Assembly: GCA_963719555.1 (NCBI GenBank)
Contig: CAVRCL010000009.1
Span: 26,606 to 90,605, forward strand
Direction: 5' to 3'
DNA length: 64,000 nucleotides
From: Thermoanaerobaculia bacterium
Lineage (GTDB): Bacteria; Acidobacteriota; Thermoanaerobaculia; Multivoradales; JAGPDF01
The notes below the pieces were generated by a model. The model had not been told where the DNA came from and made no database searches. It was given only the letters and a program-made list of their open reading frames with translations. The translations under genes and the position numbers were made by a program. Position 1 is the stretch's first letter, and the number at the start of each line of letters is the position of its first letter. This document shows, one piece after another, positions 1 to 13,309 of this stretch.

Positions 1-330
1 TTCACCTCGACGCCCTGGCCGGGCGGACCCCTGCCGGCCGCGAACGGCTTTCTCGCCCACCGCAACGCGCTTTACTTCCGGGCAACGCCCTCGACCACCG
101 AGAGCGATCTCTTCCGCTACTGCGGTGGTGGCAGTGTCGGGCGCGTGACCGACCAGTTCGCCGACCTCTCGTTCGTCGACAGCCGCCCGGTGCTCTTCCA
201 GGGCCGCCTCTTCTTCGCCGTCGACGAGGCCGTCTTCGGCCGCGAGCTCTGGGCGATCGACCCGTTGACCGCCCTCTTCTGCGACGGCTTCGACGACGGC
301 GACGACGACTGGACCAGCAGCGTGCCGTAA
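1..330 (+). CDS. 3' part of an ELWxxDGT-repeat-like exported protein with C-terminal DGF(E/D)xG motif (partial at window edge)
   Basis: Frame 1 is open from base 1 to TAA at 330; contains LFFAVDEAVFGRELWAID and ends LFCDGFDDGDDDWTSSVP. Confidence 0.7.
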   Translation, partial: FTSTPWPGGPLPAANGFLAHRNALYFRATPSTTESDLFRYCGGGSVGRVTDQFADLSFVDSRPVLFQGRLFFAVDEAVFGRELWAIDPLTALFCDGFDDGDDDWTSSVP

Positions 331-479
331 GGGTGCACGCAGGACAGGCGTCTGCCGATGCGGAGGCGTGGTTTCCAAAGCCCAGCGAACGAGCCGAGAT
401 CTACCTCGATTGCGAGAGCCCTACTGGATCAAGATTCGGGGAGAAGGGCTGTTCGCGCAAGAGCGGCGTTCACGTCGCC

Positions 480-701
480 TCAGTGAGCTTTCGCGAGGAG
501 CTCGCGCACGGCGGGGAGCAGCCGCTTTGGCACCTCGACCATGCTTGTGCCTTCGTGGTCGAAGGCCGCCTCGTCCTCGGCGACGGCTTCATCCTCGCTC
601 TGATTCTCGTAGTGCGCGAGAAGCTGCTGGACACGCTGCTCGTCCCAGCCGGGAGGGAATTCGGTGACGCGCTTCGGCTTCGGAGTCTTTGCTTTTCTCA
701 T
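480..701 (-). CDS. Small acidic protein, putative antitoxin partner of the upstream BrnT/DUF4258-like gene
   Basis: 73 aa, FPPGWDEQRVQQLLAHYENQSEDEAVAEDEAA; start overlaps upstream stop by 4 nt (ATGA). Confidence 0.65.
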   Translation of the reverse strand: MRKAKTPKPKRVTEFPPGWDEQRVQQLLAHYENQSEDEAVAEDEAAFDHEGTSMVEVPKRLLPAVRELLAKAH

Positions 702-994
702 CGTCGTTGTCGCCGTCGTTGGCGGCGCTTGAAAGCGGCGAGCGGTTTGCCGTCGAGCTCGAAGGCGGTCACGACAAAGAAGCTCCGCGGCTCCGGGTCA
801 CGGACGTAGACGACGCGCAGATAGCGGCCGTCACGGGTCTGGCCGAGGGCGACTCTGGATTCGCCGCGGCCTTGGCGATCCTCGCCGGGGTTCTGCAAGA
901 CATCTTCGACCTCTTCCTCATCGACACCATGCTCGAGGATATGCGGCTCGCCGCTTTCCGGGTCGGGATAGAAGCGCAGCCGCACCGGGTTCAT
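698..994 (-). CDS. BrnT/DUF4258-like putative RNase toxin
   Basis: HILEHGVDEEEVEDVL...RVALGQTRDGRYLRVVY...FVVTAFEL pattern; ATG at 994 preferred over the 1036 track start. Confidence 0.7.
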   Translation of the reverse strand: MNPVRLRFYPDPESGEPHILEHGVDEEEVEDVLQNPGEDRQGRGESRVALGQTRDGRYLRVVYVRDPEPRSFFVVTAFELDGKPLAAFKRRQRRRQRR

Positions 995-1562
995 TGTGCC
1001 ACGAGCGGCTCGGCCGGGCTGCGCAGGCGACCGCAAGAGAGACGATCTCGAGCCCGCCGAGGGTGAGGGTTGGGTCCCTTCCCCTTAGCCGCGCCTTGTA
1101 GAGGGAGGCCTCGCCGGGGGGGCGACGGGGAAAGGGAAGGGGCAGGCGAGCGCGTGGGCTACGGCATGGACGCTGGGTCCCGAGCGCTGTTGAAGACGCC
1201 ACGAGCGCTCGCAGGCCTCCGCCGACCCGGCCCAAGGCAGAGCGGTTGAGGGCCAGGGCGGAGCCCGCCGTCAGTGCGACACATCCGCCTCGATCAGGCA
1301 GCTACCGATGGGCATCTAGTCCGGGGTCGGTGAAAAGACACCACTCGAAAGTACGATTGCCAACTCGGGCGGCTCGACAGCTTGGACTGACTCAGCAGAA
1401 CACATCGCCCAGATTCCGATTGCAGCAAGAAGAAGGGCGACATCCGGCAAGCAACTCGATCTTTTCAAGCGCGGCATGGGTGTCATTGTGCAAAGGTGCG
1501 CGCAGGGCTCGGCTTGGCTGCCTGCCACTTGGCAGAGACAGGGGGCTCGAAAGGACTTGAGA

Positions 1563-2574
1563 ATGAAAGCAAACCTCATTGTGGGAGCCGCTGCCCTGGC
1601 GCTCCTGCCGGCAGTCGGCCTTGCTGAACGAATCTACGTGGTGGACGAAGTCGGGAACTTGATCCGCTTCGACAGTGCGACTCCGGGCGTGATCGAGAGC
1701 TCGGTTCCTTTGACTGGGCTCGAACTCGATTCGTTCAGAAGTGTCGGTGCAATCGATCTTCGCCCTGCGGAGGGGGCGGCTCTACGCGCTGGTTGACCAG
1801 GATTACTTCACGATCCCTCCGCCGGGAGCACTGCATGGCGACCTCTATCTGGTCGATCCCGGGACGGGAGCAGGCTCCCTGATCGGGATCGCCTACGAAG
1901 TGATCGGGATGTACTACGGCGGAGGCTTTGATTTCAGCCCGGTCGACGACGACATTCGCATTTTCGGTGGCGATGCCTCGAACCTCCGGATGAACCCGAA
2001 CACTGCGGGAGTGAGCGTAGAAACGCCACTTGCCCCGGAGTACTTCCTGGCAGGTCTCGCTTTCGATCACAACGAAGCCGGAACGACAGCGAGCACGCTC
2101 TTCGGTCTCGACTACCCCTCCCAAAACCTCGTTCGGATCGGCGGTGTCGACGGTGTTCCGCCGCCTTCGGGCGGAGAGGCGACCGTCATCGGCCCGCTCG
2201 GAGTCCCCTTCTCGGGTTTCGCCAGTTTCGACATCTCGCCGAGTGGTACCGCCTACGCTGTGCTCAGCCCAGAGACTGAACCCGGTGTCCCTGAGCCGAG
2301 TCACCTTTACACGGTGAATCTCGAGACGGGCGCGGCGAGATGGGTGGGAGCGATCGGACCGCCTCCCGGTCTACTTGTCTTCGCCATGGCTGTCGCGCCG
2401 GAGGGCGGTGGACAAGCGGTGATCGAGATCCCAGCGCTCGGGCCTTGGGGTCTTTTCCTCCTTACTGCCGGTCTCGGTGTGGCGGGGATGTTGCGCTTTC
2501 GCCGCCGCGAAGTGGCTCGGCGCCAGTCCTGCTCACGTTTCGCAATTCCCCGACACCCGGTATCCGAGGCGTGA
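1563..2574 (+). CDS. DUF4394-like beta-propeller exported protein with IPTL-CTERM-like sorting signal (one frameshift near 1770)
   Basis: Signal peptide MKANLIVGAAALALLPAVGLA; LIRFDSATPG, IDLRPA..LYAL, GFDFSPVDDDIRI, NLRMNPNT; C-terminus EIPALGPWGLFLLTAGLGVAGMLRFRRR. Confidence 0.75.
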
Positions 2575-2756
2575 GCTAGGCGGCAACGATTTCGGCTTCA
2601 ATCACCTCCTGTTTCAGGCGCTCCGCCGCTCGCAACGTTTCTGGAGCATCCTCCCCGATGCTCTGCCCCAGGTCGGTAACTGCGCCGAGCAGGGAGGCGC
2701 GCGAGGTCCTTGAGGCAGGCCCGCGAGAGTTCCAGCTCGAAGTTCACGAGACCGAG

Positions 2757-2834
2757 GTCGTGCTCTACGGCTCGCTGTTCGCCGACGGCTTCGAGACGGG
2801 CCGCCTCGACGCCTGGCCGGCGACCGTGCCGTAG
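2757..2834 (+). pseudogene. Orphan 3' remnant of a DGFE-motif exported protein gene
   Basis: Translates VVLYGSLFADGFETGRLDAWPATVP*; no credible long upstream ORF in frame (nearest ATG 2658 gives 58 aa). Confidence 0.65.
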
Positions 2835-2873
2835 AGGGCGGCCGCCATCAGCGGGAGGCTGGGCGCCGGAAGG

Positions 2874-4445
<1,572 letters not shown>

Positions 4446-4507
4446 GGAGTGAGGATACGGCTCCGGGCACCCGCGACGCCAGTCACGATGGTCAACGTAA
4501 CCCGTTG

Positions 4508-4529
4508 AACACGGGTCCCGTGTTAGACT
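4508..4529 (+). promoter_or_regulatory. Palindromic operator plus extended -10 of the vapBC-like operon
   Basis: Perfect inverted repeat AACACGGG-T-CCCGTGTT (4508-4524) overlapping TGtTAGACT (4521-4529), 25 nt before the antitoxin ATG. Confidence 0.6.
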
Positions 4530-4553
4530 TCAGCCGGCTTGGGGAGGCGCATC

Positions 4554-4796
4554 ATGACCAGTCTCACGATTGCAGTCGACGAGGAGACTCTCAAGCGGGC
4601 GCGAGTCCGGGCGATCCAGGAGGGCACCTCGGTGAACGCCGTTCTGCGTCAGCGGCTCGACGAGTACGCGGGCTCGAACGAGGCCCGCCGCCGAGCTCTC
4701 CGCGAGCTCCTCGAATCCTCCGCGCGATCGACGATGCGCCTGGGCGGTCGCAGCGTCAAGCGCGAGGAGATCTATGACCGCCGCCGAGCCGGGTAA
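4554..4796 (+). CDS. Ribbon-helix-helix antitoxin
   Basis: MTSLTIAVDEETLKRARVRAIQEGTSVNAVLRQRL...REEIYDR; overlaps the PIN gene. Confidence 0.8.
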   Translation: MTSLTIAVDEETLKRARVRAIQEGTSVNAVLRQRLDEYAGSNEARRRALRELLESSARSTMRLGGRSVKREEIYDRRRAG

Positions 4797-5208
4797 GAGC
4801 TTCTTCGACACCAACATTCTCGTCTACCTGTTCGCGCCCGACGCTCCGAAGAAGCGTTCGCGCGCGCGAGAGATCCTCGAGAGAGCCGCGACCGAGGCGG
4901 AGCTCGTGGTGAGCGTCCAGGTTTTGCAGGAGTTCTTCGTCACGGTGACTAAGCTGGCGATCGAGCCGCTTTCCTCGGAGGCTGCGGAAGAGGAGATTCG
5001 GCGCCTGTGCGCCTTCGAAGTCGTCCGCACGGACGAGAGGTTGGTCGTCGCGGGCATCCAACGCTCCCGGGCCGCGAAGATCTCGTTTTGGGATGCCCTG
5101 GTCGTCGAAGCGGCGCTGCGCGCGGGATGTACTACCCTCTTCACCGAGGATCTCCAGGACGGCTGGCAGATCGACGGCCGGCTGCGCGTCGTCAACCCGT
5201 TCGCTTGA
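4774..5208 (+). CDS. PIN-domain toxin (VapC family)
   Basis: FFDTNILVY, SVQVLQEF, ISFWDALVVEAA, LFTEDLQDG, VVNPF. Confidence 0.92.
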   Translation: MTAAEPGKSFFDTNILVYLFAPDAPKKRSRAREILERAATEAELVVSVQVLQEFFVTVTKLAIEPLSSEAAEEEIRRLCAFEVVRTDERLVVAGIQRSRAAKISFWDALVVEAALRAGCTTLFTEDLQDGWQIDGRLRVVNPFA

Positions 5209-5230
5209 GTCGCGCCGGAAGAAGCGAGCT

Positions 5231-6517
5231 CTACTCGACGAGCAGGCGGAGGAAGCGGCGCTTGCCGACCTTGACCAGGTAGGCCGAATCGCGCCGCGCC
5301 AGCGCGGCATGAGGATCGCTCACGCGCTCCCCGTCGACCGCGACGGCGCCCTGTTCCACCAGGCGCCGCGCCTCGTTCTTGGAGGCCACGACGCCCGCTC
5401 CAACCAACTGCTCTACCAGCAGCCCCCCGACCTTTACCGAGCTTTCTGAACCGGCTGCCGACAGCGCTCCGGAATCGGAAACAAAAAGAAACTCTGCAAC
5501 TTCATCCGGCGCGCCGCCACTAGCGAAGACGCGCTCGAACTCGGCCTCGGCCGCTAGCGCCGCCGCTTCGCCGTGGAAGTCGGCGACGAGCCGCCGGGCG
5601 AGCTCCTGCTTGACGAGCTTGGGGTGCAGGGCGCCGGATGCGACGGCGCTCTTCTTCGCGTCGATTTCGCCCTTCGGCAGGTCGGTGAGCAGCAACAGCC
5701 AATCCCACATCAGCGTGTCGGGGATCGACAGGGTCTTGCCGTAGATCTCCTTCGGCGAGTCCTCGACCGCGATCGCGTTGCCGAGCGACTTCGACATCTT
5801 CTCGTGCCCGTCGAGACCGACGAGGAGCGGCACCGTGAGGCAGACCTGCGGCTCGAGGCCCTCTTCCTTCATCAGGTCGCGCCCGACCAGGAGGTTGAAG
5901 ATCTGGTCGTGGCCGCCGAGCTCGACGTCGCAGCCGAGATCCGGGATCTTCGCCATCTCGACCGAGTCCTTCGCCTGGACGAGCGGGTAGAGCAGCTCGT
6001 GGAGCGAGATCGGCTGCTGCTCGCGGAAGCGGGTACGGAAGTCGTCGCGCTCCATCATCCGCGCCAGCGTCCATTTGCCGGCCAGGCGGATGATCCCTTC
6101 GGCGCCGAGCGGCGTCAGCCACTCGCCGTTGTAGCGGATGACGGTCGCCTCGCGGTCGAGCACCTTGAAGACCTGGCGCTTGTAGGTCTCGGCGTTGGCC
6201 AGCACCTGATCGCGGGTGAGCTGCGGCCGGGTCGCCTTCTTGCCCGTCGGGTCGCCGATCATGCCGGTGAAGTCGCCGATGAGGAAGATCACCCGGTGGC
6301 CGAGCTGCTGGAAATGCCGCATCTTGCGCAGCAGCACCGTATGGCCGAGATGCAGGTCGGGCGACGACGGGTCGAAGCCGGTCTTCACCGCCAGCGGCTT
6401 CCCGGTCTTTCGCGAGCGCTCGAGCTTGCGCGCCAGGTCGGCTTCCGAGACGAGGTCGACGGCGCCCCGTCGAAGCACCTCCAGCTGTTCCTCGACCGGC
6501 TTGAACTCGCGCGTCAT
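5231..6517 (-). CDS. tyrS: Tyrosine--tRNA ligase
   Basis: GFDPSSPDLHLGH (HIGH), KMSKS, C-terminal S4 domain ending VKVGKRRF. Confidence 0.98.
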   Translation of the reverse strand: MTREFKPVEEQLEVLRRGAVDLVSEADLARKLERSRKTGKPLAVKTGFDPSSPDLHLGHTVLLRKMRHFQQLGHRVIFLIGDFTGMIGDPTGKKATRPQLTRDQVLANAETYKRQVFKVLDREATVIRYNGEWLTPLGAEGIIRLAGKWTLARMMERDDFRTRFREQQPISLHELLYPLVQAKDSVEMAKIPDLGCDVELGGHDQIFNLLVGRDLMKEEGLEPQVCLTVPLLVGLDGHEKMSKSLGNAIAVEDSPKEIYGKTLSIPDTLMWDWLLLLTDLPKGEIDAKKSAVASGALHPKLVKQELARRLVADFHGEAAALAAEAEFERVFASGGAPDEVAEFLFVSDSGALSAAGSESSVKVGGLLVEQLVGAGVVASKNEARRLVEQGAVAVDGERVSDPHAALARRDSAYLVKVGKRRFLRLLVE

Positions 6518-6550
6518 GAGGCGGGGGAGCTTAGCAAACAGGATGCCGGA

Positions 6551-7398
6551 TCAGACGGACCAGTGCGGGGCGGGAGGGGCCGGAAGTCCGGCCTCGGGCG
6601 TGAGCTCGAGGCTGCCGAGAATGCGGGCGTCGCCGGCGAGCGACCAGTTCTTGAGCGCGGAGTCGACGGTCTGGCCGTCGACGGTCAGAACGAAGCCACC
6701 GAGGGTGCTAGCCGAAAGCGGCAGCTTGGCGAGATTGAGCAGCAAGCCGACCGCCGTCGCGGCGAGGACACCGCTGCCGCAGGCCGAGGGTTTCGCCTTC
6801 GACGCCGCGTTCGTAGCTGCGGATCTCCATCCGGTGCGGCGTCGGGAAGCGCACGAAGTCGACATTCGATGCCGCCGGGCGAGAACTCGGCATGCGCCCT
6901 GAGCGCCGCGCCGAGCTGCTGCGACCGGAGCGTGGGCGAGCGACTCGGGCCAGATCAGCACGAAATGCGGCACGCCGACGGTGACGAACCAGCCTTCCCA
7001 CGAGCGCCCTTCCGCGGCGAGGACGCGCTTGCGCGGCAGCTCGTCGGGCGCCGGAAGCTGCAGCGCGATCTCGGTCGGCGCGACCGCGCGTGCCGCGAAA
7101 GGATCCCGCGTCGGTAGCGACCCGGAAACCGCCGCGGGCCCAACCGTAGGTGGAGAGCCAGGCGCGCTGCGCAGCGCGTTCCGTTGATGCACAGCGCCGC
7201 GGAGTTGCCGTCGGAGTTCCAATAGCGCATGCGGACGTCGCCACTGTCGGTCGGGTGGAGGGTGAAGAGACCGTCGGCGCCGAAGGAAAGACCGCGCGCA
7301 CACCACGAGCGGATCTCGTCGGCGGACGGCTCGCGCTCCGGGGCGGCGAGCGCCAGAAAATCGTTGCCGCCGCCGGAGACCTTGAAGACCTTGCTCAC
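6551..7398 (-). CDS. dapF: Diaminopimelate epimerase (frameshifted in this sequence)
   Basis: Pieces across frames: KVSGGGNDF, GADGL, YWNSDG..ALCINGTRC, VGVPHFV, YERGVEGET, ACGSG; GTG start at 7398. Confidence 0.88.
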
Positions 7399-8596
7399 GG
7401 CACGCGCGTCGCGACCGGCTCGCCGGGGAGGCCGAGGTTGCCGGAGCGGTCGATCGCCGCCACCCGGAAGCGGAAGGTGAAGCCGGAAGCGAGTCCTCGA
7501 TCGATGAACTCGAGGCCGGCAACGGGTTCGGAGTTCACGCGGTGGAACTGGGCATCCGGGTCGGCGCGCTCGATGACGTAGCCCGCGACATCGGAGTCGG
7601 GACTCGCTCTGCCAGACGAGGCGGACCTCACCGACGCTGCCCAGCGCGGAGAGCTCCACCGGCGGCAACGGCGCGAAACGATCCTGGTAGTCGATCTCGC
7701 GTTCGACCGAGAGGGCGCTCTCCGCGAGCGGTTCGCGAGTGGCGATCGCCGTCAGGGCGTAGATGTAGCGCCGGCCGTAGGTGACGCCGCCGTCGACGGT
7801 GGCCGAAGCCGCGGCATCGAGAGTGGCGATCGGTTCGCCATAGGAGGTTCGCGCGGCGTCGCGGCGGTAGAGGTTGTAGCCGGTGCTCGCGCCGGCGCCG
7901 CCGGCCGAGGTCGCGACGCCGGCCCGCCATCCGAGCTCGATGCCGTTCCTGGTGGCGGCGGCCGAAAACTCCATCGGTGGTGGCGGCGGCAGGCGCGGCA
8001 GCAGCCCGGCCAGGTTCGACCAGTCCGAAAGCTCCCCGCCGGCAGCATGGGTGCGAACGGCGAAGATGCGCGCCGGCAGGTCCGCCGCGAGCGGTTCGGG
8101 GAGCCGGAAGCGCACGCTGATCCGGTCGCCCGAGATGGCGCTCGCGAGCTCGGCGCCCGAGAGCGCGAGAAAAGGCTTGGCCGCCAGCGCGAACTCGCGG
8201 CGATCGGGCATCGCGAGCGCGCCGCCAGGGATCGGAGAAGTCGCTGGTGCTGCTGGAGTCGCTGGGGTCGGGCCTGCCGCCGGCGCCGTGCTGGCGAGGG
8301 GGCGCTCGAGGACGAAGAGCGTCACTTCGTCGACGGCGGGCAGCGGCAGGCCGGCGACGGTCGACTTCGGATAGGCGAATTCGGCGACGACTTCGAGGCC
8401 GCGCTGCCGCACCTTGAGGTCGGTCGCCGCTTGCGGAATCGTGCGCGGCGCCGGCATCGGATCGCCCTTCTTGCCGCAGCCGAGGCTCGACACCCCGAGG
8501 GCGACGAGCGCGGCGAGGCCGATGAGGTTGACCGGGAGGGCGATGGCGGTGAAGCGCGGCGTGCCGCGGAGCGAAGCGCAGGAACGAACCGGGGGG

Positions 8597-8607
<11 letters not shown>
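7395..8607 (-). CDS. Lipoprotein with fibronectin type III-like domains (frameshift near 7605)
   Basis: Lipobox LG-C then [11 protein letters not shown]; FN3-like [42 protein letters not shown]. Confidence 0.75.
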
Positions 8608-10068
<1,461 letters not shown>

Positions 10069-10072
<4 letters not shown>

Positions 10073-10606
10073 AGCTCCTCGAGGGTCAGGCGGTCGTTGG
10101 TGTAGATGCAGAGCTCGGCCGCGATGCCCATCGCCTCGCGGGCGATCTCGTTCGCCGAGAGGGCCGTGTGGCGCAGCAGGGCGCGCGCCGCGGAGAGCGC
10201 GAAGTTGCCTCCGGAGCCGATCCGCCAGCAGGCCGTCCTCGTCGGGCTGCAGGAGATCGCCGGTGCCCGAGACGAGGAAGCTCTTGTCGGCGTCGGCGAC
10301 GATCATCACCGCCTCGAGCTGGCGCAGGACGCGGTCGGTGCGCCAGTCCTTGGCGAGCTCGACGACGGCGCGTTCGAGGTTCTGGTTGAATTCCTCGAGC
10401 TTCGACTCGAAGCGGGTGAAGAGCGCCAGTCCGTCGGCGGCGCCGCCGGCGAAGCCGACCAGCACTTTGCCCTTGCCGGCGCGCTTGACCTTGGCGGCGC
10501 CCGATTTCATCACCGCGTTGCCGAGCGTCACCTGCCCGTCCGAAGCCATGACCACGCGCCCGTTGCGCCGCACCAGGAGGACCGTCGTTGCGCGCATTCG
10601 GGACAT
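10069..10606 (-). CDS. hslV: ATP-dependent protease subunit HslV (frameshift near 10225)
   Basis: [49 protein letters not shown]; stop overlaps hslU GTG. Confidence 0.96.
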
Positions 10607-10621
10607 CGAACAGTCATTGTA

Positions 10622-12259
10622 TCAACCGGGGAGCGATGGGTCCGCCGGCGCCATCGTTGCGGCCTCCGAGAAGTAGACGCGAAAGTGGGTGCCGGAGCGC
10701 GGATGCGATTCGAGGGCGATGCCAGCGCGATGGGCGCGCAGGATCCCCAGAACCGACGGCAATCCGAGTCCGCGTCCTCTCTCCTTGGTGGTGAAGAAGG
10801 GCTCCCAGACGCGCTCCAGCGTTGCGGCGTCCATGCCGATTCCGTTGTCGATGATTTCGAGGACCACCGCCGGGCCGGGTCGCATGCCGTCGCCGAGGAG
10901 GAGGGTCCCGAGATCCGCCGGACGCAGATCGACGCGACGGGTCCGGACCTGAACCCTGGCGGGCGGCTCCGCGCCGCCGCCTTCGGCCTTCAAAGGACTT
11001 TCGCCGCCGGCGCCGCCGGCGCCCATCGCGTCGTGGGCGTTCGAGAGCAGGTTCAGAATCACCTGGCGGAGTTGGCTCGAATCGCCGCTGATCGGCGGCA
11101 GGCGCGGCGCGAGGTCGAGGCGGGTGGGGGTGGCGACGGTCGCGAGCGCGCGCAGGAGGTGCACGACGTCTTCCACCAGCGAGTTGAGGTCGATCGGGCG
11201 GGGCGCGATCTCGCCCCGCCCGGCGTACACGAGGAGCTGGCGCGCGAGCTCGGTGGCGCGGTCGGCCGCGGTGCTCACGGCGAGAGCGCGGTCGCGCAGC
11301 GGCGAATCGGCGGGCAGACGCTCGAGCAGCAGCTCGACGTTGCCGACGATCGGTGTGAGGAGATTCGAGAAGTCGTGCGCGATGCCTCCCGCCAGGAGGC
11401 CGAGACTCTCGAGGCGCTCGGTGCGGTGCAGGAGCTCTTCGCTGCGCTTGCTCTCGGTGACATCCTGCGTCATGCCGAGGATCTGCTGGATTCGGCCCTT
11501 CGCGTCGCGCAGGAAGGGCGTGTTGTGCGAGCGGAACCAGCGCCACTCGCCGTTGCGATGCCGCAATCGGAAGTCGACCGTCAGCGAGCTGCCGTCGACG
11601 AAGCCCCGCCAGCGTACGTCGCGGTCGAGCGCCGCCGCCATGTCCTCCGGATGGCAGAGATTCTCGAACGGATAAGGTCCCAGCGCCGCCGCTTCGGCCG
11701 GCGAGTAGCCGAGCGCTGCCGGCACCGAGCGGTTGATGTAGATGTCGCGCCCGAGATCGTAGTCGTAGATGAAGAGGAAATAGGGAGCGACCTCGGCGAT
11801 GCGGGCCAGGCGCCGGCTCATCTCCTCGGCATCGCTGCGCACCTGTTCCCGGTCGGTGACGTCGTCAAGGAAAGCGAGGACCGCCGGCCGCTCGTTCCAC
11901 TGTACCGGCATCGAATGGGCTTCGAGAGCGACGATGCCGCCGCTCGCACGGAGGATCCGCGCCACCATGCTGCGTTCGGCGGTATCGCCGGCGAGGCGGC
12001 GGTTGTACATCTCGAGGACGAAGCACTGGTCGTCAGGGTGGATGAGTTCGAGGAACGGCCTGCCGACGAGCTCGGCGAGCGGGATCTCGATGATCCTGGC
12101 CGCGGCTGGGTTGGCCACCCTGAGCACGCCGTCCTGAAGGATGACGATCGCCTCGTGGCTGTTGTCGAAGGCGACCCGATAGTGCGCACCGGACGAGAGC
12201 TCGGCCGCGGGCGCCGGCACTGGGTGCCCGCTTGCGGACGGTGGCCTGGAATCGTCCAT
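10622..12259 (-). CDS. Soluble PAS-PAS sensor histidine kinase, no receiver domain
   Basis: Two PAS folds (LIHPDD, LCHPED, HRNGEWRWF), H-box AGGIAHDFSNLL, N-box QVILNLLSNA, DNGIGM, EPFFTTK, GLGL. Confidence 0.9.
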   Translation of the reverse strand: MDDSRPPSASGHPVPAPAAELSSGAHYRVAFDNSHEAIVILQDGVLRVANPAAARIIEIPLAELVGRPFLELIHPDDQCFVLEMYNRRLAGDTAERSMVARILRASGGIVALEAHSMPVQWNERPAVLAFLDDVTDREQVRSDAEEMSRRLARIAEVAPYFLFIYDYDLGRDIYINRSVPAALGYSPAEAAALGPYPFENLCHPEDMAAALDRDVRWRGFVDGSSLTVDFRLRHRNGEWRWFRSHNTPFLRDAKGRIQQILGMTQDVTESKRSEELLHRTERLESLGLLAGGIAHDFSNLLTPIVGNVELLLERLPADSPLRDRALAVSTAADRATELARQLLVYAGRGEIAPRPIDLNSLVEDVVHLLRALATVATPTRLDLAPRLPPISGDSSQLRQVILNLLSNAHDAMGAGGAGGESPLKAEGGGAEPPARVQVRTRRVDLRPADLGTLLLGDGMRPGPAVVLEIIDNGIGMDAATLERVWEPFFTTKERGRGLGLPSVLGILRAHRAGIALESHPRSGTHFRVYFSEAATMAPADPSLPG

Positions 12260-12321
12260 CTCGGGTGCTCCTGTCGAGTTCGCTTCTAGCCTACCCGCAA
12301 TTCGGGTGCCCCGGGGGGCGC

Positions 12322-13309
12322 TCAGTGCGCGCGGCGAGGATCGACCCCAACCGCGATCGCCCGGGCGCGCGGATGGGCGTCGCGATAGACCGCCTGCAGG
12401 CGCTCGATGTCGACGTGGGTGTAACGCTGAGTGGTCGAGAGCGAGCTGTGGCCCAACAGCTCCTGGATGGCCCGCAGGTCGGCGCCGCACTCGAGCAGGT
12501 GGGTGGCGAAGGTGTGCCGCAGGGTATGGGGATGCACGCCGCTCGCCGTGGCGGTGGCGGCGACGTAGCGGTCGAGAATGCGGCGCACCGAGCGGTCGGT
12601 CAGGCGCTCGCCGCGCAGAGTTGACGAACAGCGGTTCCTCGGTCGCGGTGTCGCGGTGGTGGTGGTGGTGGCGGTGGCGGCGGCCGGCGGTGGCGCGCTC
12701 GCGCAGCGTCGTCCAGCCTCCGCGCCAGGCGCGCAGCGCCGCCTGCGCCGGGCGCCCGAAAGGCACCATGCGCTCCTTGCCCCCCTTGCCGAGGGTGCGC
12801 AGTACGCGCTCCTTGAGCTCGAGGTCGCGCCAGTCGAGACCGACCAGCTCGGCGACCCGCAACCCGGTGGCGTAGAGCAGCTCGAGGATGGCGCGATCGC
12901 GCTGCGCCATCGGTTCGTCGCCCGCCGGGGCGGCGAGCAGCGCTTCGATCTCGCCCGGGCGCAGATGGCGGGGCAGGAGTTGCGGCGCCTTCGGGGTGCG
13001 CACCCGCTGGGCAGGATTGGCCGCGGCCTCGCCCACCCGGCAGGCCCAGCGGAAGAAGGTGCGCAGAGCCGAGAGGGCGCGACCCTGGCTGCGCCGGCCG
13101 TGGTCTTTGGCGAGCGCGGCGAGGAAGGAGCGCACGGCGACGACGTCAATGGCAGCGAGGTCGATCGCCTCGGGCGGCGTGCTCCAGTAGTCGACGGAGA
13201 GGAACTCGACGAAGCGCAGGAGATCGCCTTCGTAGGCGCGCACCGTGTGCGGCGAGAGGGCGCGCTCGCCCTCGAGGTGGGCGAGGAAGCGGACGATCAG
13301 AGCCCGCAC
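12322..13309 (-). CDS. xerC: Tyrosine recombinase XerC (frameshift near 12620)
   Basis: [70 protein letters not shown]; between trmFO and hslVU. Confidence 0.9.

Noticed and set aside
1040-1145. Purine/pyrimidine-rich inverted segments resembling a REP or MITE
   Set aside because: Imperfect pairing and no second copy in the window
12322-13309. Tyrosine recombinase as phage or integron integrase
   Set aside because: Housekeeping XerC context (trmFO-xerC-hslVU); no att sites, attC array or phage genes seen
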